From IMG/VR virus record IMGVR_UViG_3300028887_000085, positions 32,001-96,000 of that record: a stretch of DNA of 64,000 bases, one strand, 5' to 3'. The translations under genes and the position numbers were made by a program. This document shows, piece by piece, positions 46,755-57,386 of the stretch. Position 1 is the stretch's first letter; the number at the start of each line of letters is the position of its first letter. The notes under the pieces were generated by a model. The model made no database searches. It worked only from the letters and a program-made list of their open reading frames with translations, and was not told the origin of the DNA. Origin of the DNA: a virus. Taxonomy: Duplodnaviria > Caudoviricetes.

Positions 46755-48140
46755 ATGAGCGAAACTGTCTTGGGTCTGCTGGAAGTTCTGGACAGGGACA
46801 GCGACCTCAACTACAACGTGCGGCTGCGCGTCATGCGCAGCGGCCTCAACCGCAACGGATGGGATTACCGCAACATCGAGCAGTTTGCGGACACCTTCCG
46901 GGGAACGCCCATCCTCTGCGCCTACGTCGGCCAGCGGGTAGGCGACGGGCACAACATGGACGAGACCATGTGGCGCGGCGAGATTATCGAGGACTTCACC
47001 GGGCCCAATGCCGAGCGCATCGTCGGCGCTATCAGCGAAGGGGACGGAGACATCTGGACCGAATCCGGCGAAGACGGAACGTGGATTATCGCCAAGGGGA
47101 AACTCTGGCGTTTTTATAACCGCCAACTCTGCGACACACTTGCGGAACAGGGCCGCATGAGCGTCAGCGCAGAGACCGAAGTGACCGAGGAGCACGAAGA
47201 AGAAGGAGTCAGTGTGTTTACCGCGTGGCGAGGATTGGGTGTGACGATCCTCCACGACACGGTTGCCCCGGCAATCCCCGGCGCGAACATCCAGGCATTG
47301 AAGGCGATGAGCAGCGAAAAGTGGAACAGCCTGAAACTGAAGGTCGCCTCCTACCATCCAAACACCGAGGGGGGCGAGGGGACGCCGCCCAAGGCGGAAG
47401 ACCCGGAACCCCCGAAAAATAACTCTGAAAAAGGAGTGACGACAAAAGTGATTTTCACGAGAAAACAGCTCGCCAAGCTGAATGAGCGATTCACCGGCTA
47501 TGTGCTGATGGCTGCCCGCGAAAACGAGGAAGACCACAGCATCATCGTGAAGATGCGCAACGACAGCTACGAGCCCTACAGCTACCGCATGGCGAGCGCC
47601 GACGAGACCATCGCAGCCGAGCGCATCCTTCCCGTGAACGCCATGCTGGACTTCGGCGACGAAATCACCATGTCCTGCGACGAATACTTCTCCGGCCTGA
47701 GCGCCAGGATCGAGCGCCTGAGCGCCGACCTGAAGGCTGCCGAGACGGAGCGGGACGAGGCGAAAGCCACCATCAAGGCCATGACCGAGAAGGAGAACGC
47801 CCGCCGGATCAAGGCCATGAAGGAAGCCGCCAAGGACGCGCTGGAGAAGTTCAACCTGAACCGCAACGCCGAAGAGAAAGTCTGCGAGGACGACATCTCC
47901 TGCGTCATGGCTGAGATCGACGGCGGCGACTACACCGAATGCGCCGACAAGGACGGCAACTTCTGCGGCGACGAAAAGGTGTGCCAGCGGGTCATGAGCA
48001 TCTGCGCTCAGAAGGACGTGGAGCTCCGCGCCGCCAACAGCAAGAAACGGGAATCTCAGTTCGCCTGGGACGGCATCCACGCCCCCGAAGGCGACGACGG
48101 CAGCGTGGGCGCTCTGCTCCGCAGCCTGAACATTGAGTAA
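46755..48140 (+). CDS. Prohead protease/scaffold
   Basis: GLNRNG, GTPILC, MSVSAE, GVTIL..PAIPGA; coiled-coil C-terminal half. Confidence 0.75.
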   Translation: MSETVLGLLEVLDRDSDLNYNVRLRVMRSGLNRNGWDYRNIEQFADTFRGTPILCAYVGQRVGDGHNMDETMWRGEIIEDFTGPNAERIVGAISEGDGDIWTESGEDGTWIIAKGKLWRFYNRQLCDTLAEQGRMSVSAETEVTEEHEEEGVSVFTAWRGLGVTILHDTVAPAIPGANIQALKAMSSEKWNSLKLKVASYHPNTEGGEGTPPKAEDPEPPKNNSEKGVTTKVIFTRKQLAKLNERFTGYVLMAARENEEDHSIIVKMRNDSYEPYSYRMASADETIAAERILPVNAMLDFGDEITMSCDEYFSGLSARIERLSADLKAAETERDEAKATIKAMTEKENARRIKAMKEAAKDALEKFNLNRNAEEKVCEDDISCVMAEIDGGDYTECADKDGNFCGDEKVCQRVMSICAQKDVELRAANSKKRESQFAWDGIHAPEGDDGSVGALLRSLNIE

Positions 48141-48155
48141 AAGGAGGAAGACAGA

Positions 48156-48746
48156 ATGAGCTTCACTGCCCAGACCGCGTTTGAGGCGCGGATCACCAAC
48201 AACGAGAACGACCGGCTGGCGAACATCGCCGGGAAGTATTACGTGAGCACCACGCCCACGGACTGCGACGCCGGTCAGCTCTGCGTCCGGGACAGCCTGC
48301 TGGACTGCGAGGGCTTCACCGGCATCAAGAACGAGAACACCTGGAAGATGGTGGCGGCTGCCAACACCGCGACGGCTGACGACGTGATCTACGCCTGCAA
48401 CACCTATGACAACCAGCTCATCGGCGCTCCCGACGGAAACAACTATTTCATCGGCGTGCGCACCCTGGGCCTGGGCGTTCCCGCCGGACGCTACGGCAAC
48501 TTCACCCGCATCAACTTCGACGGTGAAAGCGTTTACCGCTTCGGCGCGGGCAACGTGACCTACACGGCCACCCACCAGTATTTCACCATCGCCTCCGGCA
48601 AGCTGACCAGCTCCGCCACGGCTCCCACCGACGACGGCTCCATCTACTTCGAGTTGAGGGGAACCGGCAACTTCGTCGAGGGGAACAGCGCGAGCTTCGG
48701 CTACTACGACGTGGTGGCGAAGAAGGTTTCCATCTACGCGCCCTGA
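48156..48746 (+). CDS. Putative head decoration protein
   Basis: Between scaffold and capsid genes; strongly biased codon usage. Confidence 0.6.
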   Translation: MSFTAQTAFEARITNNENDRLANIAGKYYVSTTPTDCDAGQLCVRDSLLDCEGFTGIKNENTWKMVAAANTATADDVIYACNTYDNQLIGAPDGNNYFIGVRTLGLGVPAGRYGNFTRINFDGESVYRFGAGNVTYTATHQYFTIASGKLTSSATAPTDDGSIYFELRGTGNFVEGNSASFGYYDVVAKKVSIYAP

Positions 48747-48769
48747 TTGAAGGAAGGAGGAAGACAACA

Positions 48770-49984
48770 ATGGCTAGGATCACTCTCAACAGCACCCCCA
48801 ACAGCATCTTCTCCGGCACGGATGAGCGCTCCAACATCATCGCCGCCGGTGCGCTGCTGACCTATGAGTACGCCCGGAAGGGCCAGGATGCCGTTCACAA
48901 GGCGCTGAACAGCGCCGAACCCACGGCTACCGCCCACCTGGACGACAAGCAGTATAAGGAAGTCAACGAGCGCTTCGGCAAGCAGCACCTGCTGTACGCC
49001 GCCAAGATGGCCTGCGCCAACACCGGCAAGAAGGCCCCTGCCACCTTCGAGGAATTCGCCAAGCGTGGACAGGAATTCTACGGCAACAGCGCTTTCTATG
49101 CCGTGCTCCAGGGCATCTACGAAGACATCCTGACCCCCATCCTGCCCCGCGTCTACAGCGAGGCCGTCAGCGTCTTCGCCGACGTGGTGGAAGTGGGCTT
49201 CGCGGAGACCGCCGCCATCACCATCTCTTCCGGCGACATCCCCGTGTTCCAGGACAGCGCCTGGGGTGCCAGCCGCAGCGTTCCCGAAAACCGGTTCTAC
49301 GACAAGACCATCACCCTGAATCCCCAGCCCAAGACCGCTGAAATCGCTATCAAATGGCACCAGATGGTCGGCAACAACACCGACTGGGGCAAGTACATGT
49401 CCAACCTCGTGGCCGGTATGTACGCCAAGACAATGGGCCTGTGGAACGCGGCCATGACCGCCGCCGCCAGCAACACCGCCCTGATCCCCAGCGGCCTGAT
49501 CTACAACTTCAGCTCCGTCAACTGGGTCACGCTGGCGAACAAGATCGCCGCTGTGAACAACACCGGCATCCTGAACCTGCTGGCCTACGGCGGCGCTGTC
49601 GCCCTGAGCAAGGTGCTTCCCACCCAGGCCACCGGCAGCTCCAACGCCGATATGGACGCCGCCCTCGCCATGCTGCTGGGCCGCGACTATATCAACGCCG
49701 GTTATCTCGGCAAGTACATGGGCGTCCGCCTCATGCCTCTGGTGGATGCGGTCGTGCCCGGCACCCAGTTCGGCAACGTGAGCACCATCCTGCCCACCAA
49801 CAAGATCTGGGTGATGGCCTCTAGCGGCTACAAGCCCATGACCATCGCCTACAACAGCTACACTCCCATTACCATCGAGATCGAAGCCGAGAAGAATCCC
49901 GACTTCATGGTCAAGCTGAACCTGACCACCGCGCTGGACAGCGTGGCAGTCTTCGCCAGCAAGATCGGCCTCGTCAACATCTGA
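48770..49984 (+). CDS. Major capsid protein
   Basis: 404 aa, strong codon bias, synteny, followed by a GC hairpin. Confidence 0.8.
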   Translation: MARITLNSTPNSIFSGTDERSNIIAAGALLTYEYARKGQDAVHKALNSAEPTATAHLDDKQYKEVNERFGKQHLLYAAKMACANTGKKAPATFEEFAKRGQEFYGNSAFYAVLQGIYEDILTPILPRVYSEAVSVFADVVEVGFAETAAITISSGDIPVFQDSAWGASRSVPENRFYDKTITLNPQPKTAEIAIKWHQMVGNNTDWGKYMSNLVAGMYAKTMGLWNAAMTAAASNTALIPSGLIYNFSSVNWVTLANKIAAVNNTGILNLLAYGGAVALSKVLPTQATGSSNADMDAALAMLLGRDYINAGYLGKYMGVRLMPLVDAVVPGTQFGNVSTILPTNKIWVMASSGYKPMTIAYNSYTPITIEIEAEKNPDFMVKLNLTTALDSVAVFASKIGLVNI

Positions 49985-50093
49985 TCCTTTCAGCGGGGCG
50001 GGAAACATCCCGCCCCGCCATGCCGCTTCCAGAGACACGCGCCGGGGCGGCACCGGCGGGCGGCACCCATCAAGAAGAAAGGAAATTGAGACG

Positions 50094-50813
50094 ATGGCAG
50101 AAGAAGCAAAGAAAACCAACCGGACACGGAAATCCGCAGCGGAAAAAGCGGCGGAAGCGCCTGCGGCATCCGCCGAAGAGAAGGACGCGCTGGCAGAGAT
50201 GAAGGCACAGTACGAGGCACAGATGGCAGCCATGCGGGAAGAGATGGCGCAGCAGATCGCCGCCTTCAAAGAGACGCTGGCGCAGGCGCAGAAGCCGCAG
50301 ATCGTGCAGCTTACCGCCACGACGGAGCAGGTGCATTTCCTGTGGATGGCGGACGTAGCGCAGGACAACGTGCAGGACTTCGGCCCCGGCGGTCTGTACG
50401 GCAGGATCATCGGTCGGACAGGGGAATTCTTCGTCCCGAAAAATGACGTGAGCCGCATCCTGGACAACATCACCCGCATGTGCCTCGACCGACGCTGGCT
50501 GATCGTGGTGGACGGGCTGAACGAAGAAGAGCGGGAAGCCCTGGGCGTGAACTACAGCGAGGGGGAACTGCTGGACCGGAAAGCCTTTGCCAAGATGATC
50601 GAGCTGGGGGACAAGATCCTCGAAATCTTCCCGGCACTCTGCGAGGGCCACAAGGAAATGGTGGCGAAGCGGTTCTACGAGGCGTGGATGGAGAAGAATC
50701 CCTACGTCCGCCGGGAGATCGTCACGGAGCTGAACCGCATGGCGAAAGAAGCCGGGATGAAGGAGAACGCATTCAGCGCGATCATCGACGGGATGAACAA
50801 GGCGGAAGTATAA
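50094..50813 (+). CDS. Hypothetical head-associated protein
   Basis: 239 aa after the capsid gene. Confidence 0.7.
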   Translation: MAEEAKKTNRTRKSAAEKAAEAPAASAEEKDALAEMKAQYEAQMAAMREEMAQQIAAFKETLAQAQKPQIVQLTATTEQVHFLWMADVAQDNVQDFGPGGLYGRIIGRTGEFFVPKNDVSRILDNITRMCLDRRWLIVVDGLNEEEREALGVNYSEGELLDRKAFAKMIELGDKILEIFPALCEGHKEMVAKRFYEAWMEKNPYVRREIVTELNRMAKEAGMKENAFSAIIDGMNKAEV

Positions 50814-50890
50814 GAACGAGATCAAATCGAAGGGGAAGCTTCGATTTGAAGAGACATTCCGGCGGATTAGGACGAAGGGGGTAAGCGCAA

Positions 50891-51586
50891 ATGGCTACGG
50901 CCTGGAGCGAGATCATAACGGCGGCTATGCAGGCGCTGGACGACGAACGGTGGCGGGAGCAGATCACCGTCAGTCCGGCACAATTTTATAGGGCCAAGAG
51001 CGACAGCGTGCTGTTTGCGCTCCCCCTTTTGAACAGTCCTCCGGAGTTGCTGGACTATCTGGAAAAGGACATGGTGACGCCGCAGTACGACGATTTCTTC
51101 TGGGAAAGCACCGTGGAGAGCCTGGGAGGGGAAACGGCGGTGGAGACAGGTCTCTTGGGCTATGAACTCATGTCCTGCATCGTCCGGGGGGCGGACGGGA
51201 CGAGCTTCGCGCCCTACCGGGAGGCGAGCTACGACCCGGAGACCGGCATCGTGACCATGCCGCAGCAGTCGGAGGCGGGGACACAATACGACTTCGACTT
51301 TTACTCCGACGGGAGCTTTGCGGACCTGACGCCCAGCCAGAAGCGGCTTTTTGGTTTGGCGGTTTGTGTGGTGTGGGACGAGAACTTTACAAACAACTGG
51401 CTCGACAACACGCCAAAACTGCACGACTCCAGCTTTAATCCCCCAAATGAACCGAACTGGATCGACAAGAAGGGTAGAGAACTCAACGAACACTATCAAC
51501 GTTTCAACGACGAGCTGCACAAATATGAGCAGCTTTGCGCATATAAGACGATCCGATCCAACGGAATGACAATCGTTTTGGCATAA
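50891..51586 (+). CDS. Putative head-tail adaptor
   Basis: MATAWSEI start; synteny. Confidence 0.55.
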   Translation: MATAWSEIITAAMQALDDERWREQITVSPAQFYRAKSDSVLFALPLLNSPPELLDYLEKDMVTPQYDDFFWESTVESLGGETAVETGLLGYELMSCIVRGADGTSFAPYREASYDPETGIVTMPQQSEAGTQYDFDFYSDGSFADLTPSQKRLFGLAVCVVWDENFTNNWLDNTPKLHDSSFNPPNEPNWIDKKGRELNEHYQRFNDELHKYEQLCAYKTIRSNGMTIVLA

Positions 51587-51607
51587 GGGCAGAAGGGGGG
51601 ACGGGCG

Positions 51608-52924
51608 GTGGACAAGACCATCAAAAACGCGCTTCTGAGCTACGGCGGGACCGTTTCCGACCCCGCATGGAACGTCCCGGCGCAGTATTCCAGCCGGGAA
51701 AACCAATATTACATGGCGGAAACGGACCGGTTCAAGAAGAAATACCTGAAATACGCCTCGGATTTCTTCTCCGGGGAAGCGCAGGGACTTTACGGACCGG
51801 ACGAAGAGACGTGGGTGCCCTGCAAATTCCGGCTGGCAGAAGTGGTGCGGCCCAGCAGCGCCATCCAGCGGGAATTTGACGACTATAAGCACCTGATGCT
51901 GGACGAACCGGCCCTGCCCTATATCCCCCAGGGGTCGAAATTCCGGGCGATGGGGGCCGTTTGGCTCATGATAAACCCCCAGGACATCTCCAACGGGGAC
52001 GGCGGGGGCATCGTGAGACGCTGCCGGGCCACCTGGAATCACCTGGACTGGTACGGAAACGTGCTTCACGAGCCGCTGGTGATCGAGACGGACCGGGCGA
52101 GCGCCAACTCCGACGACAGCCAGCAGTGGGACAACATCACCAAAGGCTACTTCAACATCACCTGCCAGTCGAACCGCTGGACGAACCAGCTAAATACCAA
52201 TTCCCGCCTCATTTTCGGCTCCGGGGCTTACCGGATCACCGGTTTCACAGACTTTTTCGAGGAAATGACCGGGGATTTCGACTCCACACGGGTCATCCGA
52301 TTCACGGCGAGGTACGAAGAACCCAACGACGAGATCGACGACATGGTGAACCGGGTGGCCGGTGGACTGACCTTCAGCTGGAATATCGAACTCTCCGGAA
52401 CTCCGACGATGACCGTCGGCGGCACGGGGGCAATAGCCCCTACAAGCCGCAGAATGGGCCAGATCGTCGAGGATTCGGAGGAATATCCCATCTCCTACCT
52501 TTGGGAAAGTTCCGACGACAGCGTAGCCAGCGTGGACGAGAGCGGAAACGTGACCGCCAACGCGGAAGGAACGGTGAGGATCACCTGTCGGCTGGCACAA
52601 AGGACGAATATTATGTCAACCTATGACATGACCGTTGTCGGCGCTGAGAGCGGCGGAAGGGTCGTGTTCCTTCAGGATGTTCCGGCGCAGCTCCGCATGT
52701 ATCAGACGGTGACGCTGGAAGCGGAATACATGGAAGACGGAGAAATGACCGGCGTTCCGGTGGAATACACCGTATCCGGGGCGAATACGGCGGCGTATAC
52801 GGTCGAAGAAAGCGGAAACAGCCTGACGATCACCTGCTGGGGCGGCAGCGTGACGCCGCTTACGGTGACGGGAACATACGGCAACTACAAGGCAACGGCG
52901 GAGATTTCCCTGAAAGGGATATAA
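51608..52924 (+). CDS. Putative head closure protein with Ig-like domains
   Basis: WESSDDSVASVDESGNVTANAEGTVRIT is a Big_2-like motif. Confidence 0.65.
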   Translation: MDKTIKNALLSYGGTVSDPAWNVPAQYSSRENQYYMAETDRFKKKYLKYASDFFSGEAQGLYGPDEETWVPCKFRLAEVVRPSSAIQREFDDYKHLMLDEPALPYIPQGSKFRAMGAVWLMINPQDISNGDGGGIVRRCRATWNHLDWYGNVLHEPLVIETDRASANSDDSQQWDNITKGYFNITCQSNRWTNQLNTNSRLIFGSGAYRITGFTDFFEEMTGDFDSTRVIRFTARYEEPNDEIDDMVNRVAGGLTFSWNIELSGTPTMTVGGTGAIAPTSRRMGQIVEDSEEYPISYLWESSDDSVASVDESGNVTANAEGTVRITCRLAQRTNIMSTYDMTVVGAESGGRVVFLQDVPAQLRMYQTVTLEAEYMEDGEMTGVPVEYTVSGANTAAYTVEESGNSLTITCWGGSVTPLTVTGTYGNYKATAEISLKGI

Positions 52925-52945
52925 CTCGGTGAGGGGGTAAAACCG

Positions 52946-53260
52946 ATGGCTCAGTGGCGAAGGGGTTCTACACCCACGAACGTCTTTAACGTCAATGTGG
53001 ACCTGCGGAATGCAACAATCTATATCACCTACAAGCAGAACAACAAAATCATCGTCGAGAAGACCGGAGACGATATACAGGTCGAGCAAAACCGGCTGAC
53101 GACCAGCCTGACGCAGGCGGAAACCCTCCAATTCTCCGCAGGACCGGTGAGAATCCAGATCCGATACGTTCGGGCGGACGGATTTGCCGACGCTTCCAAC
53201 ATCATCGATACGCGGGCGGAGGAGATACTCAAGGACGGTGAGATCAGCTATGGGGTTTAA
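52946..53260 (+). CDS. BppU-N-like structural protein
   Basis: RRGSTPT..YITYKQ..LTQAETLQF..IQIR..EILKDG. Confidence 0.65.
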   Translation: MAQWRRGSTPTNVFNVNVDLRNATIYITYKQNNKIIVEKTGDDIQVEQNRLTTSLTQAETLQFSAGPVRIQIRYVRADGFADASNIIDTRAEEILKDGEISYGV

Positions 53261-53537
53261 CGCCGTATTTGAGGAATCCGGGAAACTGTCGGCGACGTTT
53301 TCTTCCAGCAGGCCGATGACCGCAGAATTCTCCGGCAGCAGCGGAAGCGGCGGGGGACCCAGCCTGCCTCCCGGCGGCGGACAAGGGGATCTGCTGGCAA
53401 AGCGTTCGCCGGTGGACGGAGACGCGGAGTGGATAACCCCGGCGAACAGCGCCGAAGCGGACAACACGAGGCCGATCACCGCAGCGGCGGTATATACGGA
53501 AATCGGAAACATCAACGCCTTGCTGGCGACGATATAG
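53250..53537 (+). CDS. Small structural protein
   Basis: LPPGGGQGDLLAKRS..D.EW; DNTRPITAAAV. Confidence 0.65.
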   Translation: MGFNAVFEESGKLSATFSSSRPMTAEFSGSSGSGGGPSLPPGGGQGDLLAKRSPVDGDAEWITPANSAEADNTRPITAAAVYTEIGNINALLATI

Positions 53538-53548
53538 GAGATGGGTAC

Positions 53549-54439
53549 ATGAGCACTGCTACTGAAATTTCCCGGCTGGTAGACGCACGGAATACGATAC
53601 GGGACAAACTTGTTGACCTCGGCCTTGCCGCCAGCACGGCCAAGCTGGACGCGCTTGCCACAGCCGTTGACGGTATCACCAATCGCGGCGCGGTGTCGGC
53701 CACCGTGCAGGAGGGAGACACCTATACTATCCCGGCAGGATACCACAACGGCTCCGGAACCGTTTCCGGCGTTGCAGGCGGCGGAAGCTACAATCTCCAG
53801 AGCAAAAGCGTAACGCCGACGAAATCCCAGCAGAGCGTCACGCCGGACAACGGCTACTACGGTCTCTCCGACGTTACGGTGGCCGCTATACCGGAAGCCT
53901 ACCAGAACGTGAGCGGCGTGACGGCGACGGCGGGAGACGTGCTCGCTACCAAGGTTTTCGTGGACGCCACCGGCACATCCGTGACCGGCACGATGCAGAA
54001 CGTGGGCACGGTCAGCAAGACGCTGGACGCGACCGCGAGCAATCAGTCCTACACCGTACCGGCAGGCAAGCACAGCGGAAGCGGCACGGTGCAGATCGTA
54101 CTGGAGACGAAGACCGCCACCCCGGCGGCGGCGAGCCAGGACATAACGCCCACCACGGGGAAGGTGCTGAGCAAAGTCACGGTGGACGCGATCCCCGCCA
54201 TCTACGGCGACGTGAGCAGCGACGACGGCGTGGCCGCAAACGTGCTCGCCGGTGTGAAAGTCCACACCAAGCAGAACGGCGCTGCCGCGCAGATCACCGG
54301 GTCTATGGCGAACAACGGGGCCGTCAGCGGCAGCATTGACGGACTGACGACCACATCCTACTCCGTGCCTGCCGGATATACCTCCGGCGGCACAGTATCT
54401 CTTACCAATGACATAGAAACTGCGCTTGCGGCGATTTAA
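53549..54439 (+). CDS. Fibre-like structural protein
   Basis: TIPAGYHNGSG, LQSKSVTP, GLSDVTV repeats. Confidence 0.75.
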   Translation: MSTATEISRLVDARNTIRDKLVDLGLAASTAKLDALATAVDGITNRGAVSATVQEGDTYTIPAGYHNGSGTVSGVAGGGSYNLQSKSVTPTKSQQSVTPDNGYYGLSDVTVAAIPEAYQNVSGVTATAGDVLATKVFVDATGTSVTGTMQNVGTVSKTLDATASNQSYTVPAGKHSGSGTVQIVLETKTATPAAASQDITPTTGKVLSKVTVDAIPAIYGDVSSDDGVAANVLAGVKVHTKQNGAAAQITGSMANNGAVSGSIDGLTTTSYSVPAGYTSGGTVSLTNDIETALAAI

Positions 54440-54451
54440 GGGGGTGCTTAT

Positions 54452-55228
54452 ATGAGCATCCAAAGCGAAATCACACGGATATCAGGCAACGTTTCGGATG
54501 CCTTGTCGGCGGTAGCCAACAAAGGCGTGACGGTGCCTGCCGGGTCGAACTCCGACGACCTTGCGACGCTCATCGGGCAGATCCCCGCAGGAGGAAACTA
54601 TCAGGCCAAGACCAACATCAACCCCACCACATCCAGCCAGACTATCGAGCCGGACAACGGCTACGATGCGCTGTCGAGCGTACAGATCAACGCCATGCCG
54701 TCCGGAACAGCGGGGACACCTACGGCATCCAAGGGGACGGTAAGCAACCACTCTGTCAGCGTCACGCCGAGCGTCACGAACACCACCGGCTACATCACGG
54801 GTTCCACGAAAACCGGAACAGCCGTAACGGTATCGGCTTCCGAACTCGTTTCCGGAACATACACCGTGGATTCTTCCGGTACGAAGAACGTCACCAACTA
54901 CGCATCCGCTTCCGTTCCGGCGGGAACGGCGGGTACTCCGTCCGCCACAAAAGGAACGGTGTCCAATCACAGCGTATCGGTCACGCCAAGCGTGACCAAT
55001 CAGACCGGGTGGATCACGGGTTCGACCAAGACGGGAACGGCGGTCACGGTTTCTGCTTCGGAGCTGGTCAGCGGCAGCGAAACCAAGACGGAAAACGGGA
55101 CTTACAATGTCACAAATATTGCCAGTCTTGTTGTAGCCGTGCCTATCGTGACGTATTACACCGGGTCGTCCGCGCCGTCTTCTTCTCTCGGCTCCAACGG
55201 GGACATCTATTTGCAGACGGGGGCGTAA
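54452..55228 (+). CDS. Fibre-like structural protein with internal duplication
   Basis: Two ~53-aa copies of GTAGTP..KGTVSNHSVSVTPSVTN..ASELVSG; C-terminal GSNGDIYLQ. Confidence 0.75.
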   Translation: MSIQSEITRISGNVSDALSAVANKGVTVPAGSNSDDLATLIGQIPAGGNYQAKTNINPTTSSQTIEPDNGYDALSSVQINAMPSGTAGTPTASKGTVSNHSVSVTPSVTNTTGYITGSTKTGTAVTVSASELVSGTYTVDSSGTKNVTNYASASVPAGTAGTPSATKGTVSNHSVSVTPSVTNQTGWITGSTKTGTAVTVSASELVSGSETKTENGTYNVTNIASLVVAVPIVTYYTGSSAPSSSLGSNGDIYLQTGA

Positions 55229-55231
55229 GGC

Positions 55232-56593
55232 ATGGCAACAATGACGCTCGTTCCGAGCAAATGGAACAATGCCGCATCACAGTATGTGACGATTACAGAC
55301 CCAAGCAACGCGTACACGGATACATCCAGCTCGACTTACGCGACTCTGCAAAACACCAATGCGTCAACGTCAAACCGCTACGTTTACCTCCACGGATTTA
55401 ACTTTGGCTCACTTCCCGCAGGGGCCGTGGTTTCAGCTTTTACGGTAAAACTGAAAGGTTACTATACTGGCGGTTCGCAACAAACCCTTTACCTCTGCAA
55501 CGGAACAACAACACAGAGCGGCGCTACAGCCACGGGGCTTACAACGTCCACACAGACTAGGACGTTCAGCAACGGAACGCTTACATGGGACACGATCAGT
55601 GGATGGGGAGAAGATTTCGGCATACGCATCAACGCCAGACGCGGAAGCCGTAACACGGTTGGTTACTATTATATCTACGGCGCTGAGATAGAAGTTACCT
55701 ATACTGTACCGGTCCATTACTCTGTCACGATTTCCAACAGCACAAGCGCTGCGGTGGAAGCGAGCGACACCAACCCATTACAAGGCGAAGATGTCATTAT
55801 CTCCACCGACACCATAAGCGGGCTGACGATCAAGGATAACAGAACTGACGTAACGAGCCAGTTCACCCCGGCTTCCGGAGATACCGTTTCCGCAGTTCCC
55901 GGAACAAGCTTTACAACGGGGTTCAGCCAGAGCAGCGGTGCATTTTATCAAAATTCCAGCACAACGAGTACCGCGTGGCTGGAATATGCAATCGGACATT
56001 CTGCCGAAAGCCCATATTCTACCAGCAACACCAGTAACACCTATGTCAAACCGGAAGGGTCTACCGGGTGGATCAATTATCAGTTTGACTTCTCCATGAT
56101 TCCAACATCAGCGACTATCAACTCCGTGTCTGTAAAGGTATATGGGGCGCGAGAAGACTCAACAATAGATTCCACACACGTAGCGAGATTCCAATGCTAC
56201 AGCGGAACTACAGCAAAAGGGATAATCCAGAACTTCACCAGCACTTCCAACGGAAGCGTTACGGTTTCTGACGTTGGGACTTGGACGGCAGCAGAACTGC
56301 ACAGCGCGCAGCTACGGTTTGAACTGGGATATTACGGCGGTCGAATGCTTGGCATTACATGGACGGTCACATATACCATGTCCGGCTATGTCTACACCAT
56401 AACCAACATTCAAGCAGACCACACGATCATCGTTACAAGCGGCGGCGGTCCTACCGATACCATCTACTTCAAGAACAACGGCGCATGGGTCGCGGCGACA
56501 AAGGTCTATAAAAAAGTCAACGGAGCATGGGTGCAGCAGACGAATCTCGCAAACGTATTCGACCCGCAGACGAACTACGTCAAAGGGAACTGA
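55232..56593 (+). CDS. Ser/Thr-rich beta-sandwich fibre/adhesin-like protein
   Basis: Two F.F..(L/I)P..A.(V/I) domains; YKKVNGAW end; lower GC. Confidence 0.65.
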   Translation: MATMTLVPSKWNNAASQYVTITDPSNAYTDTSSSTYATLQNTNASTSNRYVYLHGFNFGSLPAGAVVSAFTVKLKGYYTGGSQQTLYLCNGTTTQSGATATGLTTSTQTRTFSNGTLTWDTISGWGEDFGIRINARRGSRNTVGYYYIYGAEIEVTYTVPVHYSVTISNSTSAAVEASDTNPLQGEDVIISTDTISGLTIKDNRTDVTSQFTPASGDTVSAVPGTSFTTGFSQSSGAFYQNSSTTSTAWLEYAIGHSAESPYSTSNTSNTYVKPEGSTGWINYQFDFSMIPTSATINSVSVKVYGAREDSTIDSTHVARFQCYSGTTAKGIIQNFTSTSNGSVTVSDVGTWTAAELHSAQLRFELGYYGGRMLGITWTVTYTMSGYVYTITNIQADHTIIVTSGGGPTDTIYFKNNGAWVAATKVYKKVNGAWVQQTNLANVFDPQTNYVKGN

Positions 56594-56627
56594 TACAGAG
56601 TTTTTTGAAAAAAGGAGTGTTTTAGAC

Positions 56628-56954
56628 ATGGCAAATCTGGCAGATTTCGTGTTTCTGGACACGAGCAGCACCGTCACGACGAGCAACACCTTTTATCTCC
56701 CCTACGACACGAACGAGGTGATCGTGCAGGCGACGGGCAGCGGCACCATCGACATCACGGTGCAGGGCAAGGCGGACGCGGAGAACGGAAGCTTTGCCGA
56801 CCTGAGTGTCATCAAATGCGCGGGATTCGACACGGCGGACAAGATCGAGGCGGCGGGCATCTACATCGTCCCGGCGGCGGGCATCCGGCAGATGCAGGTC
56901 GTCAACGGGCAGGCGGCGGGCAGCGTGACGGTCTTCGGCGCTGCCGTGAGCTGA
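56628..56954 (+). CDS. Hypothetical structural protein
   Basis: AAGGAG RBS, 108 aa. Confidence 0.7.
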   Translation: MANLADFVFLDTSSTVTTSNTFYLPYDTNEVIVQATGSGTIDITVQGKADAENGSFADLSVIKCAGFDTADKIEAAGIYIVPAAGIRQMQVVNGQAAGSVTVFGAAVS

Positions 56955-56969
56955 GAGGGGGCGGCGGAG

Positions 56970-57296
56970 ATGTCGTTTGACAGCACTTCTTATCTGATGG
57001 GCAGAGGCTCCGCTGGCGGCGGCGGAGGCGGCGGAGGCGGCTCGTCCGTGCTGGTGGTGAATGTTACATCTTCCGGTACCATATACACTATGGATAAAAC
57101 GTTCAAGCAAATTTTTGACGGGATGATCTCAGGCGGCGTTGTCGTTGTAGATTCATCGGGAATCGGTATATACATCCAAGCTGTGACAAGCGTTTATACA
57201 GAAGATGGACTGTACGAAGTTGCAATTGGGGATGTAACATATGTAGCAGATAGCGAAGACGGATATCCTTACTATGTAAGTGCATCCCCAACGTGA
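56970..57296 (+). CDS. Hypothetical protein with poly-Gly linker
   Basis: SYLMG..GGGGGGGG..LVVNV..DKTF. Confidence 0.65.
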   Translation: MSFDSTSYLMGRGSAGGGGGGGGGSSVLVVNVTSSGTIYTMDKTFKQIFDGMISGGVVVVDSSGIGIYIQAVTSVYTEDGLYEVAIGDVTYVADSEDGYPYYVSASPT

Positions 57297-57386
57297 ACGA
57301 CGCTTCACTTTGGCACCAAAATGCCGGGATAAGGGAAAAAGATAAGTATAGAATCGCAAATTCCATGAAAAGAAAGGAAAAACGGA

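Noticed and set aside
55232-57296. Diversity-generating retroelement target
   Set aside because: No reverse transcriptase or template/variable repeat pair is visible in this window
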